A DNA stretch of 64,000 bases from positions 3,264,001-3,328,000 of the forward strand of contig CBDBGH010000003.1 of assembly GCA_965205265.1 (NCBI GenBank). The letters run 5' to 3'. This document shows, one piece after another, positions 27,468 through 37,023 of the stretch (within the stretch, counting starts at the first letter, position 1; the number at the start of each line of letters is the position of its first letter). The notes under the pieces were generated by a model, which had not been told where the DNA came from, made no database searches, and was given only the letters and a program-made list of their open reading frames with translations. This DNA is from Alphaproteobacteria bacterium (lineage in GTDB: Bacteria; Pseudomonadota; Alphaproteobacteria; Bin95). The position numbers and the translations under genes were made by a program.

Positions 27468-28172
27468 ATGACGGAAAGGATAGCACTGGTGGCGGGCGCC
27501 GGGCGGGGCACGGGCGGCTCGGTGGTCCGGCGGTTCGCGGCCGGCGGCTACCGGGTGGCGATGCTCGCGCGGTCCGAATCGCGGCTCAGCGAATACGAGG
27601 CGGCGATTCCCGGCACGCTGGCGATTCCCTGCGACATTACGGACCGCGAGGCGCTAGCCGACGCCGTGGAGCGGGTCCGGCGGACGCTCGGGGACGATCC
27701 GCATGTCGCGGTCCACAACGCCGCGCGCGGCAGCCGGGCCGGCTTCCTCGACCTGGACCCGGCGGACCTCCGGGCCAATTTCGAGGTCAATACGATGAGC
27801 CTCCTCCACCTGGCGCAGCTGACCGCGCCCGCGATGATCGCGCGCGGCGGGGGCGCGCTCATGGTGACCGGCAACACATCGACCTGGCGGGGCATCCCGC
27901 GCTTCTCCGGCTTCGCGCCGACCAAGGCGGCGCAGCGCATCCTCGCCGAGTCGATGGCGCGCGAGCTCGGGCCGAAGGGCGTGCATGTCGCCTATATCGT
28001 CATCGACGCGGTGATCGACCTGCGCTGGACCCGGCGGCGGTATCCCGGCAGGCCGGACGACTTCTTCATCAGGCCGGACGCCATCGGCGAGGAAGTCTTC
28101 CGCATCGCGCACCAGGACCGCTCGGCCTGGTCGTTCAATGTCGAAATCCGCCCTTTCGGAGAGCCCTGGTGA
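27468..28172 (+). CDS. SDR family oxidoreductase
   Basis: VAGAGRGTG, HNAA, AESMARELGPKGVHVA. Confidence 0.9.
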   Translation: MTERIALVAGAGRGTGGSVVRRFAAGGYRVAMLARSESRLSEYEAAIPGTLAIPCDITDREALADAVERVRRTLGDDPHVAVHNAARGSRAGFLDLDPADLRANFEVNTMSLLHLAQLTAPAMIARGGGALMVTGNTSTWRGIPRFSGFAPTKAAQRILAESMARELGPKGVHVAYIVIDAVIDLRWTRRRYPGRPDDFFIRPDAIGEEVFRIAHQDRSAWSFNVEIRPFGEPW

Positions 28173-28633
28173 GCGATACGCCCAAAGGACCGAGTCCCGT
28201 AGGGGAAAGCCGCATCCGCGAGGCCATCGTGCGCGGGCCCTACGGCGTCCATCTCGGCATCGAGCTGGCCGTGCTGGAAGCCGACCGCGCGGTCGTCCGG
28301 CTGCCCTGGCGGCCCGAGCTCGGCAACGGCGCCGGCATCTATCACGGCGGCGCAACGGCCTCGCTGATCGACACCGCCGCCACGGCCGCCGCCTGGACGA
28401 GTCCTTCGGTCGTCGAGGCGACGAAGGGTGCCACGGTCGGGTTCACCGTCAACTTCCTCTCGCCGGGGCTGCAGGGCCGCGGCCTGAGCGCAGAGGCCGT
28501 GGTGTTGCGCCGGGGCGGCTCGCTCACCGTCGTGGACGTGCTGGTGACGGACGATGACGGGCGCAAGATCGCCCGCGGCGTCGTCACCTACAAGCTCGGC
28601 CGGGGCGGCGCATCGGGCACGGCGTTCGATTGA
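28169..28633 (+). CDS. PaaI family thioesterase
   Basis: N..GIYHGGATASLIDTA hotdog motif; GTGA overlap. Confidence 0.9.
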   Translation: MSDTPKGPSPVGESRIREAIVRGPYGVHLGIELAVLEADRAVVRLPWRPELGNGAGIYHGGATASLIDTAATAAAWTSPSVVEATKGATVGFTVNFLSPGLQGRGLSAEAVVLRRGGSLTVVDVLVTDDDGRKIARGVVTYKLGRGGASGTAFD

Positions 28634-28674
28634 TACGATTGTCGTTCGCTCGACAACTGTCGGCGTCGCGTCTC

Positions 28675-28784
28675 AACCGTCGCCCCGGACCCCGATCCGG
28701 GGCCCAACCTCAGCCGGCTCAGCCTGCTACAGGGCCGGGAGATGGACCCCGGCTCTCCGCTTCGCTCCGGCCGGGGTGACGGTT
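28675..28784. repeat. REP-like palindromic element between convergent genes
   Basis: Terminal inverted repeat AACCGTCGCCCCGG / CCGGGGTGACGGTT with internal hairpins. Confidence 0.8.
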
Positions 28785-28828
28785 AGGGGCTTGACCGCAT
28801 ATGCGTTTCAACCCGAACGGATCGTCCG

Positions 28829-29611
28829 TCAGGCCAGCCCGCGCAGGAAGTCGGCGCGCGCCCTGGCGGCGCCCATCAGCAGCGGCAGGTCGTTGCCGGC
28901 GAGCACCAGCCGCGCGCCCATGGCGATATAGCGCCCGGCAAGCTCCTCGTCATAGACGCCGCCCATGCCGGCATGCTTGCCGTTGTTGCGCGCCGCCGAG
29001 ACCACGCGGTCATAGGCGTCGGTGACCCGTTCGTGGCCGAACTGCCCCGGAATGCCCATCGTGGCGCAAAGGTCGTTGGTGCCGATCAAGAGCGCGTCGA
29101 TGCCCTCGACCGAAGCGATCTCGTCCGCCGCTGCGACGGCCTCGGCCGTCTCGATCATCACCACGGTGAGCGTCGCGCCGTTGATGAGCCGCGCGGCCTC
29201 GCCCACCGGCAGCGCCTCGTATTCGAGCTGCGCCATGCCGCCCGCCACCGAGCGCCTGCCGACCGGCGGGTAGAGGCAGTTGTCGCGCACCGCCTCGGCC
29301 TGGGCCCGGCTGTCCACATGCGGCACGACGATGCCCTGCGCGCCGGCGTCCAGCAGTCGGGTCGCATGGAAATGCTCATGCGCCGAGGCGCGCGGGATGG
29401 GCGAAATGCCGGCGTCCAGCGCCGCCGCGCAGATCTGCGCCGCCGTATCGACGGAGAACGCGCCGTGCTCCAGATCGACGAACAGCCAGTCATAACCGCA
29501 GACCGCCGCGATCTTCGCGATCTCGGGCATGCGGGCGAGACGCAGGCCGAGCCCGAGCGCAAGCTCCCCGGCTGCAAGCTTCTCCTTGGTGCGGTTGGCG
29601 ATCAGGGCCAT
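28829..29611 (-). CDS. HpcH/HpaI family aldolase
   Basis: DWLFVDLEHG, LDAGAQGIVVPHV, YPPVGRRS, MIET, IGTNDL. Confidence 0.92.
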   Translation of the reverse strand: MALIANRTKEKLAAGELALGLGLRLARMPEIAKIAAVCGYDWLFVDLEHGAFSVDTAAQICAAALDAGISPIPRASAHEHFHATRLLDAGAQGIVVPHVDSRAQAEAVRDNCLYPPVGRRSVAGGMAQLEYEALPVGEAARLINGATLTVVMIETAEAVAAADEIASVEGIDALLIGTNDLCATMGIPGQFGHERVTDAYDRVVSAARNNGKHAGMGGVYDEELAGRYIAMGARLVLAGNDLPLLMGAARARADFLRGLA

Positions 29612-29737
29612 GGCGGCACAACTCCTTGCCTGTTCCGCCCTCCTCATGGCACGAAGTCGAAGCGGCGTCCAATCCTCGGGGGCGCTGTTGGCATGCTGTA
29701 AGGAATACCGGTTTCCGGGGACCGGCGGGGAGTAGCG

Positions 29738-30016
29738 ATGGAGTGGCCGCAGCTGGTGGGGCTGGCGATCCTTGCGGGGCTCGGATTCGTGGTGCATTCG
29801 ACCGTGAAGCTGATGAAGCTGCGCCGGGCGGCGCAGCGCAGGCGACCGCTGATCGAGTTCCGGGAGATCGCCGTGCTGCTGCATCCCGGGCGCTATGACC
29901 CCGAAGAAGTCAGACTGGTTCGACGCAACTTCCTGGCATGTCTCGTCGTGCTGGCGCTGGTGGTCCTGTTTCTGGCTGCAAATCCGGACGGGCTGCGCCT
30001 GGAGGCCCCGGATTGA
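29738..30016 (+). CDS. Small hypothetical membrane protein
   Basis: GGGGAG SD, two TM segments. Confidence 0.7.
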   Translation: MEWPQLVGLAILAGLGFVVHSTVKLMKLRRAAQRRRPLIEFREIAVLLHPGRYDPEEVRLVRRNFLACLVVLALVVLFLAANPDGLRLEAPD

Positions 30017-30079
30017 CGCGGGTTCGGCCGGCCGCCTAATCTGCCGGCGCTCGAACCGAGCCCCCGGAGCGGAACGACC

Positions 30080-30214
30080 ATGATCGAAGAAGACCCCAAC
30101 GAACCGATGCCAGACCGGATGTCCATCTGGACGACGCTTGCCGGCTATGGAGGCGGCGCATTGATCGTCTTCATCATGTTCGAATGGGCGCTCTCCGCCA
30201 CGCAGATCAACTGA
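30080..30214 (+). CDS. 44-aa single-TM small protein
   Basis: MIEEDPNEPMPDRMSIWTTLAGYGGGALIVFIMFEWALSATQIN*, GGAG upstream, host-like codons; below the ORF-track cutoff. Confidence 0.55.
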   Translation: MIEEDPNEPMPDRMSIWTTLAGYGGGALIVFIMFEWALSATQIN

Positions 30215-30229
30215 ACGGCCCGCCGGGCG

Positions 30230-31549
30230 TCAGCTGTCCATCAGCCGCGGCAGGTACAGCACGATATCGGGGAACAGCATCACCAGCGTGAGCCCGATGA
30301 TCTGCAACCCGATAAACGGAAGCACCGACCCGAAAATTTGTTGGAGCGTGATATCCGGCGGCGCGACGCTCTTCAGCCAGAAACAGGCCGGGCCGAACGG
30401 CGGCGAGAGGAAGTAGATCTGGATGTTCATGACGAACAGCACGCCGAACCAGATCGGATCGAAGCCGAGTCCCACGACGACCGGAGCGAAGATCGGCACC
30501 GTGATATAGGCGATCGCGATCCATTCCATGAATGTGCCGAGCACGATCAGGATGCCCATCATCACGAAGATGACGCCAAGCGGCGGCAGGTCGAGGCCCC
30601 TCAACAGGCCCTGCATGAAGTCGTTGCCGCCGATGATGTTGTAGATGCCGACGAAGCTCACGGCACCCAGCACCAGCCAGATGATCGTGCCGACCGTAAT
30701 CATCGTCTTGCGCAAGGCCTCCTGAAGCATCGGCCAGGAGAGCCGCCGGCGCGCCGCGGCGGCGCCCATCGCTCCGAACACGCCGACCGCGGCGGCTTCG
30801 GTTACGGTCGCGATACCGCCGTAGATCGAGCCCAGTATCCACACGATGACCAGCATCGGCAGGATGAGCCCTTTCATCTTGGCCGCCTTTTCGGCCTTCG
30901 ACATGCCGGTGAGGTCGCCGGCGGACAGGGGCGCCAGCTCCGGTTGGAAATGGCACCGGATCAGGATGTAGGAGATATATAGGCTTGCGAGCAGCAGTCC
31001 CGGCAGGAACCCGCCCAGGAACAGGCCCGAAATCGACACATTCGCCGTCAGCCCGTAGATGATCATGATGACCGAGGGCGGAATCAGGGTTGCGAGCGAG
31101 CCGCCGGCGCAGATCGTGCCCATGGCCAGCTTCTTGTCGTAGCCGAGCCGCAGCATTTGCGGCAGGGCGATCAGGCCCAGCATGACGATCTCGCCGCCCA
31201 TGATGCCCGTCATCGCCGCCATTATCACAGCAACCAGGGTGGTCTGGACGGCGACGCCGCCGCGCAAATTGCCGGAGATGATCGACATGGCGTCGAACAG
31301 GTCCTCGGCGACGCCCGAGCGCTCCAGCAGGTTCGCCATGAAGACGAAGAGCGGGACGGCTACGAGGGGATAAGCCTCGAGCAGGCCTTGGGCGTTGGCC
31401 GCCACCAGGAACAGGCCGGGAAGGTCGAAAAACGCCAGCGCCGTGCCAATGGAAACCGTGAGCGTGACGATGCCGAGCGGCATGCCCGTCATCATCAGCA
31501 GGATCATGGAGATGACGATGACGAGCGTCGCGGTCTGGATATCGACCAT
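30230..31549 (-). CDS. dctM: TRAP transporter large permease
   Basis: LVAVPLFVFMA, LIPPS, GIATVTEAAA, FDPIWFG, LSPPFG. Confidence 0.95.
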   Translation of the reverse strand: MVDIQTATLVIVISMILLMMTGMPLGIVTLTVSIGTALAFFDLPGLFLVAANAQGLLEAYPLVAVPLFVFMANLLERSGVAEDLFDAMSIISGNLRGGVAVQTTLVAVIMAAMTGIMGGEIVMLGLIALPQMLRLGYDKKLAMGTICAGGSLATLIPPSVIMIIYGLTANVSISGLFLGGFLPGLLLASLYISYILIRCHFQPELAPLSAGDLTGMSKAEKAAKMKGLILPMLVIVWILGSIYGGIATVTEAAAVGVFGAMGAAAARRRLSWPMLQEALRKTMITVGTIIWLVLGAVSFVGIYNIIGGNDFMQGLLRGLDLPPLGVIFVMMGILIVLGTFMEWIAIAYITVPIFAPVVVGLGFDPIWFGVLFVMNIQIYFLSPPFGPACFWLKSVAPPDITLQQIFGSVLPFIGLQIIGLTLVMLFPDIVLYLPRLMDS

Positions 31550-31554
31550 ACCGG

Positions 31555-32073
31555 TCAGTCTCCCGGCTGCCGGGTGCTTTTGGGAACGCTCTCGTCCCTG
31601 AAATGCTTGGCGAGATTGACGATCAGCTGGACGCCGTAGATCAGCGCGCCAACGAAAAGCAGCGTCTTAAGGATGGCCGGCTCGGGCGAATTGAATGAAG
31701 TGCCGCTTCGCTCCACGGCGCCGAGCGCATCGATCATCGGATGCCAGAGCGCATAGACGAAGGTCCACATCGCCGCGAGGCTGACAATCAGGATGAACAG
31801 GTCGAGCCACCATCGCCCGCGCCCCTGGACGCGCTCATAGAGGACAGTGATCGAGATATGGGAGCGGCGCATGGTGATGTAGCCGCCCGACAGCGCCCAC
31901 GCCGATGCGCAGACGACCATCACGACCTCGAACGCCCACTGTGTCGGCGCATTGAAGAAGTAGCGGCGCACGACCTCGTAAACCGTGACGGCGGCGCAGA
32001 TCATGTAGAAATGCGAAACCGAAAGGCCGACGAACTGGTTCAGCCGGTCCACCGCGCGAATCAACCGCTGCAT
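31555..32073 (-). CDS. dctQ: TRAP transporter small permease
   Basis: YEVVRRYFFNAPTQWAFE, four TMs. Confidence 0.93.
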   Translation of the reverse strand: MQRLIRAVDRLNQFVGLSVSHFYMICAAVTVYEVVRRYFFNAPTQWAFEVVMVVCASAWALSGGYITMRRSHISITVLYERVQGRGRWWLDLFILIVSLAAMWTFVYALWHPMIDALGAVERSGTSFNSPEPAILKTLLFVGALIYGVQLIVNLAKHFRDESVPKSTRQPGD

Positions 32074-32091
32074 GGCTCGTTGTCCTGACCG

Positions 32092-32133
32092 GGTAAAGAG
32101 AAGCCGTGACGGCTGCAGCGCCGCCACGGCTTC
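32092..32133 (-). terminator. Hairpin between dctP and dctQ (terminator or mRNA stabiliser)
   Basis: GAAGCCGTG...CACGGCTTC stem followed by TCTTT on the minus strand. Confidence 0.55.
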
Positions 32134-32174
32134 CGCGTTTATTCTGTGCGGGAAAGCCCTAAGCCGCTGCCAGC

Positions 32175-33206
32175 CTAGAGCAGGCCGAGCGTCTTCATGA
32201 AAGCGATATGCTTGTCATAGGCTTCCTTGGCTAGATCGCTCTGCTTCGAGATATCGAGCCAGGCGCCCTGGGCGAGTTGGCGTAGCTTGTCGCGCTCTTC
32301 CTGCGGCCAATCGACAATCTCCACGCCCTTCGTGCCCTCGCCGGCGCGGTCGAGTGCGACCAGCTTGCGATCCTGTACGTCGGTTGCGCGCGCCATGTCG
32401 CTCCAGGCCGCATAGTACCAGGTCTCAAGCGCAGCCTGACCCTGCGGGCCGATCTTCTCCCACACGTCCTTGTTGATGACGAATTGCAGCACCGCCATAG
32501 AATGGATGCCCGGATAGATCGGATACTTGGCGATCTTGTTGAAGCCGAGCGAGGTGTTGTTGGTGTAGGAACTGGCGTCCGCCGCATCGACGACCTTCTT
32601 TTCCAGCGCCGTATAAAGCTCCGGGAACGGAATCGAGGTCGGCGCGGCTTCGGCCCGGCGGAAGACTTCCGCGGCCATGCCTTCCGGCGAACGCAGCTTC
32701 ACACCCTTGAGGTCCGCCACCGACCTGATCGGAATCGTCGAGACGAAGGCCTCCTTGGCGAACGGGCCGGCGCCGACCACATGGATCTTGCCGCCGAAAT
32801 GCTTGTCATAGGCCTTCTGGAGCACTTCGACGCCGCCGCCGAAGCGGAAGAACATCTGCTTCTGCTCAACCGTATCGTACCCGGCGATCAGGTCGCCCAG
32901 GATGCCGAAGACAGGATCGCGGCCTGCGAAATAGGCCACAGCATTCAGGTCGCCCTGGAGAATGCCAGCGGCTACGGCCTGCGGCGTCTCGCGGTGCGGC
33001 ACGACGGTCTTGGACGGCCGGATGTCGATCTTGAGGTTACCGTAGGTCATGGCCTCAAGCTTCGGCACCCAGTGTTCGTTCAGATAGTTCAGGGAAAAAC
33101 TGCCCGCAGCATTGGCCGTCTGGATCTTGATGACGGTCTGGGCATGGCCGGAACCGGCGGCCGCCATGACAGCAACTGCCGCGGCGGCGGCAAGATAGCG
33201 TTTCAT
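32175..33206 (-). CDS. dctP: TRAP substrate-binding protein
   Basis: Signal peptide, PIRSVADLKGVKLRSP (carboxylate-binding Arg), ELYTALEKKVVDA. Confidence 0.93.
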   Translation of the reverse strand: MKRYLAAAAAVAVMAAAGSGHAQTVIKIQTANAAGSFSLNYLNEHWVPKLEAMTYGNLKIDIRPSKTVVPHRETPQAVAAGILQGDLNAVAYFAGRDPVFGILGDLIAGYDTVEQKQMFFRFGGGVEVLQKAYDKHFGGKIHVVGAGPFAKEAFVSTIPIRSVADLKGVKLRSPEGMAAEVFRRAEAAPTSIPFPELYTALEKKVVDAADASSYTNNTSLGFNKIAKYPIYPGIHSMAVLQFVINKDVWEKIGPQGQAALETWYYAAWSDMARATDVQDRKLVALDRAGEGTKGVEIVDWPQEERDKLRQLAQGAWLDISKQSDLAKEAYDKHIAFMKTLGLL

Positions 33207-33380
33207 TCTGTGATATCCCCTCGGGTTTCGTCTCCGGCCCAAGGGCCGAACAGGGCGCAGAGTAGACCAACAGGACCCTGCAGTGTCAACGGCCTGGCGA
33301 AGCTGGCACCAAGTCCGAACGCCGCCGCCGCTTGCACCCGCCACCGACCTTCATCCGGCGGCGGCCGGGCGCAATCGCAG

Positions 33381-33818
33381 TCAGCGGCGCACGGTGCGGC
33401 TTTTTCTGGAGAGAGCCAGTTCAAGGAAGCGGGTCTTGATCCGCGCGAACAGTCCTGGCGGGATGAAACCGTAGCTGAAGGTGTCCGGCCGACCGGGCAG
33501 CGGAGACAGACCGGCGTCGGGCCATTCATCGACATTGTGTTCCGACACGATCACCCAGCTCGGCGCATCGTCGAGGCCCAGGGCCTGACTGACGCGCGCC
33601 GGAACCTCGATTCCCGCCGTATCGCCCGCGGGCGGCGTATGGGTGATCGGCAGCAGAGCGACGTAGCGCGGAAGGACCGCCGGGTGGGCAGCTACCAGAC
33701 AGGCCGGACGGGTCTTGCCCCGGTCGCGACCGGCGGCAGCCTCGTTCATCCAGAGGTAGTCGTAGCGGATGACCGGGCCCGGCTTCGGATCGGGAAGCGG
33801 CGCCGCTTCGTCGTTACG
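33381..33818 (-). CDS. PemK/MazF-like toxin; conserved N-terminus lacks an in-frame start
   Basis: PDPKPGPVIRYDYLW...GKTRPACLV...LLPITH.PP...W.I.SE.N..W; directly downstream of the Phd gene. Confidence 0.7.
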   Translation of the reverse strand, partial: RNDEAAPLPDPKPGPVIRYDYLWMNEAAAGRDRGKTRPACLVAAHPAVLPRYVALLPITHTPPAGDTAGIEVPARVSQALGLDDAPSWVIVSEHNVDEWPDAGLSPLPGRPDTFSYGFIPPGLFARIKTRFLELALSRKSRTVRR

Positions 33819-34068
33819 TCATCAGGTCGTCGAGCGGCTTATGCTCCCCATCCATCCCGGCGCGCTCCACGGCGCGGATGACCGTATCGGCGGCAGCGTC
33901 CGTGCGATGGCGGCGCTGCGCCGAAGCCCGAAGCCAGTCGTACTGCTCGGCAGACATGAGCACGAACTCGCGGCGTCCATACCGGGTGATCTCCACCGGC
34001 TCGAGCTGCGCTTCATGCTGGAACCGGCCGAACTTGCGCTGGAACTCGACAGCGTTCACGGTAGGCAC
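33814..34068 (-). CDS. Phd/YefM family antitoxin
   Basis: VNAVEFQRKFG...PVEITRYGRREFVLMSAEQY; GTG start with GGAGAG SD. Confidence 0.88.
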   Translation of the reverse strand: MPTVNAVEFQRKFGRFQHEAQLEPVEITRYGRREFVLMSAEQYDWLRASAQRRHRTDAAADTVIRAVERAGMDGEHKPLDDLMT

Positions 34069-34102
34069 GGCGGCCTCTCCAGGTAATGGGCGCCTGCCAC
34101 AA

Positions 34103-34199
34103 TATACGTATAATCCGCGGAAACGAAGGGGCGGGGTGCCGCTCATTGCGATGCCTGCCGAATTCTTGACAAGGATGGCATCCTCGTTTCAGTGAGGAT
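34103..34199. promoter_or_regulatory. Divergent TA promoter/operator region
   Basis: TATACGTATA palindrome (34103-34112); TTGACA (34166) followed by AGGATG-G-CATCCT and ATCCTC-N8-GAGGAT. Confidence 0.5.
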
Positions 34200-34200
34200 T

Positions 34201-34515
34201 ATGGCCAGGGTAACGAGCAAGCTGCAGATCACGGTGCCCAAGGCGCTGGCGGGACGTTACGGCATCCGGCCCGGCGACGAGGTCCGCTTCGAGGAGGCCG
34301 GCGAAACCATTCGCATGGTGCCCGCCGGCGCAGGCGCCCCTTCGGACGCCTTGGACCGCGAAGTGCGTCTGAGGCTGTTCGATGCGGCGACCGAACGGCA
34401 ACGCGCGCGCCAACCCGTTCGAATCTTCCATGAAGACGGACACGGGCCCGGCGAGCACAGGCGCGGCCGGACCGGGGATGAGCTTTACGAGCGCGGCAGC
34501 CCGAACGCCGATTGA
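34201..34515 (+). CDS. AbrB/MazE-family antitoxin (orphan)
   Basis: RVTSKLQITVPKALAGRYGIRPGDEVRF. Confidence 0.85.
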   Translation: MARVTSKLQITVPKALAGRYGIRPGDEVRFEEAGETIRMVPAGAGAPSDALDREVRLRLFDAATERQRARQPVRIFHEDGHGPGEHRRGRTGDELYERGSPNAD

Positions 34516-34571
34516 CACCGGTATGACCCGCCTTGCGCGGGCAGCGTCCCGGCGGTTATGTTGCCGCGTGT

Positions 34572-34648
34572 CGGAGCGTAGCGCAGTCTGGTAGCGCATC
34601 ACACTGGGGGTGTGGGGGTCGCAGGTTCGAATCCTGCCGCTCCGACCA
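34572..34648 (+). tRNA. tRNA-Pro(GGG)
   Basis: CGGAGCG acceptor stem, D loop with TGG, anticodon loop CT-GGG-GG, TTCGAAT T-loop, CCA end. Confidence 0.97.
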
Positions 34649-34680
34649 GACGCGGGGCCGGGCTCCCGGAGAGGGCGTCC

Positions 34681-35424
34681 ATGGAGCCGCTGACGCTTGC
34701 CGTCGCCATTGCCGGCCTGTTCCTCGGCGGGCTCGTCAAGGGCGCCATCGGGCTCGGCATGCCGCTCGTCATGATCTCCGTGCTCGCCGTCGTCATGCCG
34801 CTGCGCGAAGCGCTGCCGCTGATCGCGGTGTCGCTCATCGCCGCGAATGTCTGGCAGATCTGGGCGACATGGCGGAACCGGCCCGGCCTGCGCCAATTGC
34901 TGAGCCTCGTGCTGCCGCTGATGGCGGCCGTGTGGATCGCGTCCGGCTTCATCGCCGAGGGCGATCCCGACCTGCTGAACGCGCTCGTCGGCCTCGTCGT
35001 CATCGGCTATGTCGCCGTTTCCCGGGCGCGCTGGGAGCCCCGGCTGCCGGAGCGGCTGGAGCCGGTCGTCACGCCGGCGGTCGGCGCGGCGGCGGGCGCC
35101 GTGGGCGGCATGACCGGCGTGTTCGGCCCGCAGCTCGGCGTCTATCTGCTCGCGCTCCGCATGGAGCCCGGCGCCATGGTCGGCCTGCTCGGCTGGACCC
35201 TGCTTGCCGGCTCGACCACGCTTGCGCTCGCACTTGCCGGCCACGGCCTGCTGGCGACGGCCGGCGAGTGGGCGCTCTCCGCCGCGGCCTTCCTGCCGGC
35301 GCTGGCGGGCCTCGTCGCCGGCGGCCGGCTGCGCGAGGCGATGCCGGTCGGGCGGTTCCGCACGCTGGTCATGGCCGGCCTGCTCCTGCTCGGCATTGCC
35401 AACCTGCGCGGTCTCGTGACATGA
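34681..35424 (+). CDS. Sulfite exporter TauE/SafE family protein
   Basis: GGLVKGAIGLGMP and GGMTGVFGP repeats, multiple TMs. Confidence 0.9.
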   Translation: MEPLTLAVAIAGLFLGGLVKGAIGLGMPLVMISVLAVVMPLREALPLIAVSLIAANVWQIWATWRNRPGLRQLLSLVLPLMAAVWIASGFIAEGDPDLLNALVGLVVIGYVAVSRARWEPRLPERLEPVVTPAVGAAAGAVGGMTGVFGPQLGVYLLALRMEPGAMVGLLGWTLLAGSTTLALALAGHGLLATAGEWALSAAAFLPALAGLVAGGRLREAMPVGRFRTLVMAGLLLLGIANLRGLVT

Positions 35425-35774
35425 AGGCCGCCATGTCCCGCCCCTGCCTCCTCTACATGACCGCCGGCGACCGCGAGGAAGCGCTGGCGCTCGCCCGCAT
35501 GCTGGTGGGCGAGCGGCTTGCAGCCTGCGCCAATGTGCTGGGCGAGTCCGCCTCCGTCTATCGCTGGGAGGGCGCGGTGCAGGAAGAGGACGAGGTCGTG
35601 CTGGTGGCGAAGACGGTCGAGGACCGGGTGGAGGCGGCCGCGCGCCGGGTGCGCGAGGCGCACAGCTACGATGCCCCCTGCGTCGTGGCGCTGCCGATCT
35701 CGGGCGGCGACGCGGACTTCCTGGCCTGGGTCCGCGACGAGGTGCGGGAGCCGGAGACGGAGCCGGCGCGATGA
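35421..35774 (+). CDS. cutA: Divalent-cation tolerance protein CutA
   Basis: ERLAACAN, SVYRWEG, HSYDAPC. Confidence 0.93.
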   Translation: MKAAMSRPCLLYMTAGDREEALALARMLVGERLAACANVLGESASVYRWEGAVQEEDEVVLVAKTVEDRVEAAARRVREAHSYDAPCVVALPISGGDADFLAWVRDEVREPETEPAR

Positions 35775-37018
35775 GGATCGGCCCCTTTCTCTTCCTCTGC
35801 GCCGGGCACAGCATCGACCATATCTTCATGCTGCTGTTCATGGCCGTGATCGGCATCACGGTCGCGCCCTTCTGGGGGCTGACCTACGGCGAGCTGGCCC
35901 TCCTGTTCACGCCGCCGACCATCATGTTCGGCCTTGGCGGGCCGCTTGCCGGCTGGCTCGCGGACCGCTGGTCCGGGCCCGGCATGATGACGGTGTATTT
36001 CATCGGCATCGGGCTGTCCTCCGTGTTCACCGGCTTCGCCGACGGCCCGGTCATGCTGGGCGCCGGCCTCACGCTGGTGGGCGTCTTCGCCTCGATCTAC
36101 CACCCGGTCGGCATCCCGCTCATCGTGCGCGGCGCGGGCGACAGGCGCGGCCGGCTGCTCGGCATCAACGGCGTGTTCGGCAGCGCCGGCATGGCGGTGA
36201 CGCCCGTCATCATGAGCGGCCTGCTGGCGGCGGGCGGCTGGCGGGCGGTGTTCATCGTGCCGGGACTCGTGGCGGTCGCGATAGGCGTCGTCTTCCACCT
36301 GCGCTTCCGGGAGAGCCTGCCGCTGAGCCGCGCGCGCGCCAGGGCGCCGGCTGCGCAGTCGGGACGCCGGGCGCTCATGCAGACCTGGCGGTCGCAGCCG
36401 GAAGCGGAGCGGCGCGATTTCGTGCGCGCCATGGTCATACTCGGCATCATCACCGTGGCCACCGGCCTGATCTTCCAGGCGCTCACCAACGGCGTGCCGA
36501 AGATCGTCAACCACCGCGTCACCGCGTTCGGCGACGACATCTTCCTCCTTTCGGCAACGGCCTCCGGCATCCTCGCGGTCAGCGGGCTGGCGCAGCTGAT
36601 CGGCGGCGAGCTGGCCGACCGCTTCCCGCTGCGCCGGCTGTTCATCGCCGTCTATGCCGGCCTGCCGCCGGCGCTTGCGGCCGCCGCCTTCGCCTGGGAC
36701 ATGCCGATGGTCGCGGTGTTCACGCTCGCCACGGCGATCGTCGTCGGCAACCAGCCGATCTCGGACCTGCTGTTTGCGCGCTACATGCCGGAGCAGTGGC
36801 TCTCGACCGCATACGGCATCCGATTCGCGCTCTCGCTCGGCAGCGGCGTCGTGGCCCTGCCGCTGCTGGGGCTCGGCTTCGACTACACGGGCGATTTCGC
36901 GCTGCTGTTCTACGCGATGGCGGCGGTGGCGGTGGTCGTGGTGCTGGCGGCGATGAAGCTGCCGGCCGAGGCGAAGGCGGACGCAGCCCGGACCGTCCGG
37001 ACGGCGCCGGGCGAATAG
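35771..37018 (+). CDS. MFS transporter
   Basis: GWLADRW, SIYHPVG, about 12 TMs. Confidence 0.9.
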   Translation: MRIGPFLFLCAGHSIDHIFMLLFMAVIGITVAPFWGLTYGELALLFTPPTIMFGLGGPLAGWLADRWSGPGMMTVYFIGIGLSSVFTGFADGPVMLGAGLTLVGVFASIYHPVGIPLIVRGAGDRRGRLLGINGVFGSAGMAVTPVIMSGLLAAGGWRAVFIVPGLVAVAIGVVFHLRFRESLPLSRARARAPAAQSGRRALMQTWRSQPEAERRDFVRAMVILGIITVATGLIFQALTNGVPKIVNHRVTAFGDDIFLLSATASGILAVSGLAQLIGGELADRFPLRRLFIAVYAGLPPALAAAAFAWDMPMVAVFTLATAIVVGNQPISDLLFARYMPEQWLSTAYGIRFALSLGSGVVALPLLGLGFDYTGDFALLFYAMAAVAVVVVLAAMKLPAEAKADAARTVRTAPGE

Positions 37019-37023
37019 CGGCC

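Noticed and set aside
27900-27930. SDR has FAPTK instead of YxxxK
   Set aside because: Phe at this position is common in this atypical SDR subgroup; not evidence of novelty.
28632-28656. GATACGATTGTC(GTT) matching the cI/cro operator half-site
   Set aside because: Lies at the 3' end of convergent genes rather than in a promoter, and forms its own small hairpin; plausible chance match.
34572-34648. tRNA-Pro as ICE attachment site
   Set aside because: 14 kb from the integrases and no duplicated tRNA 3' end seen in the window.
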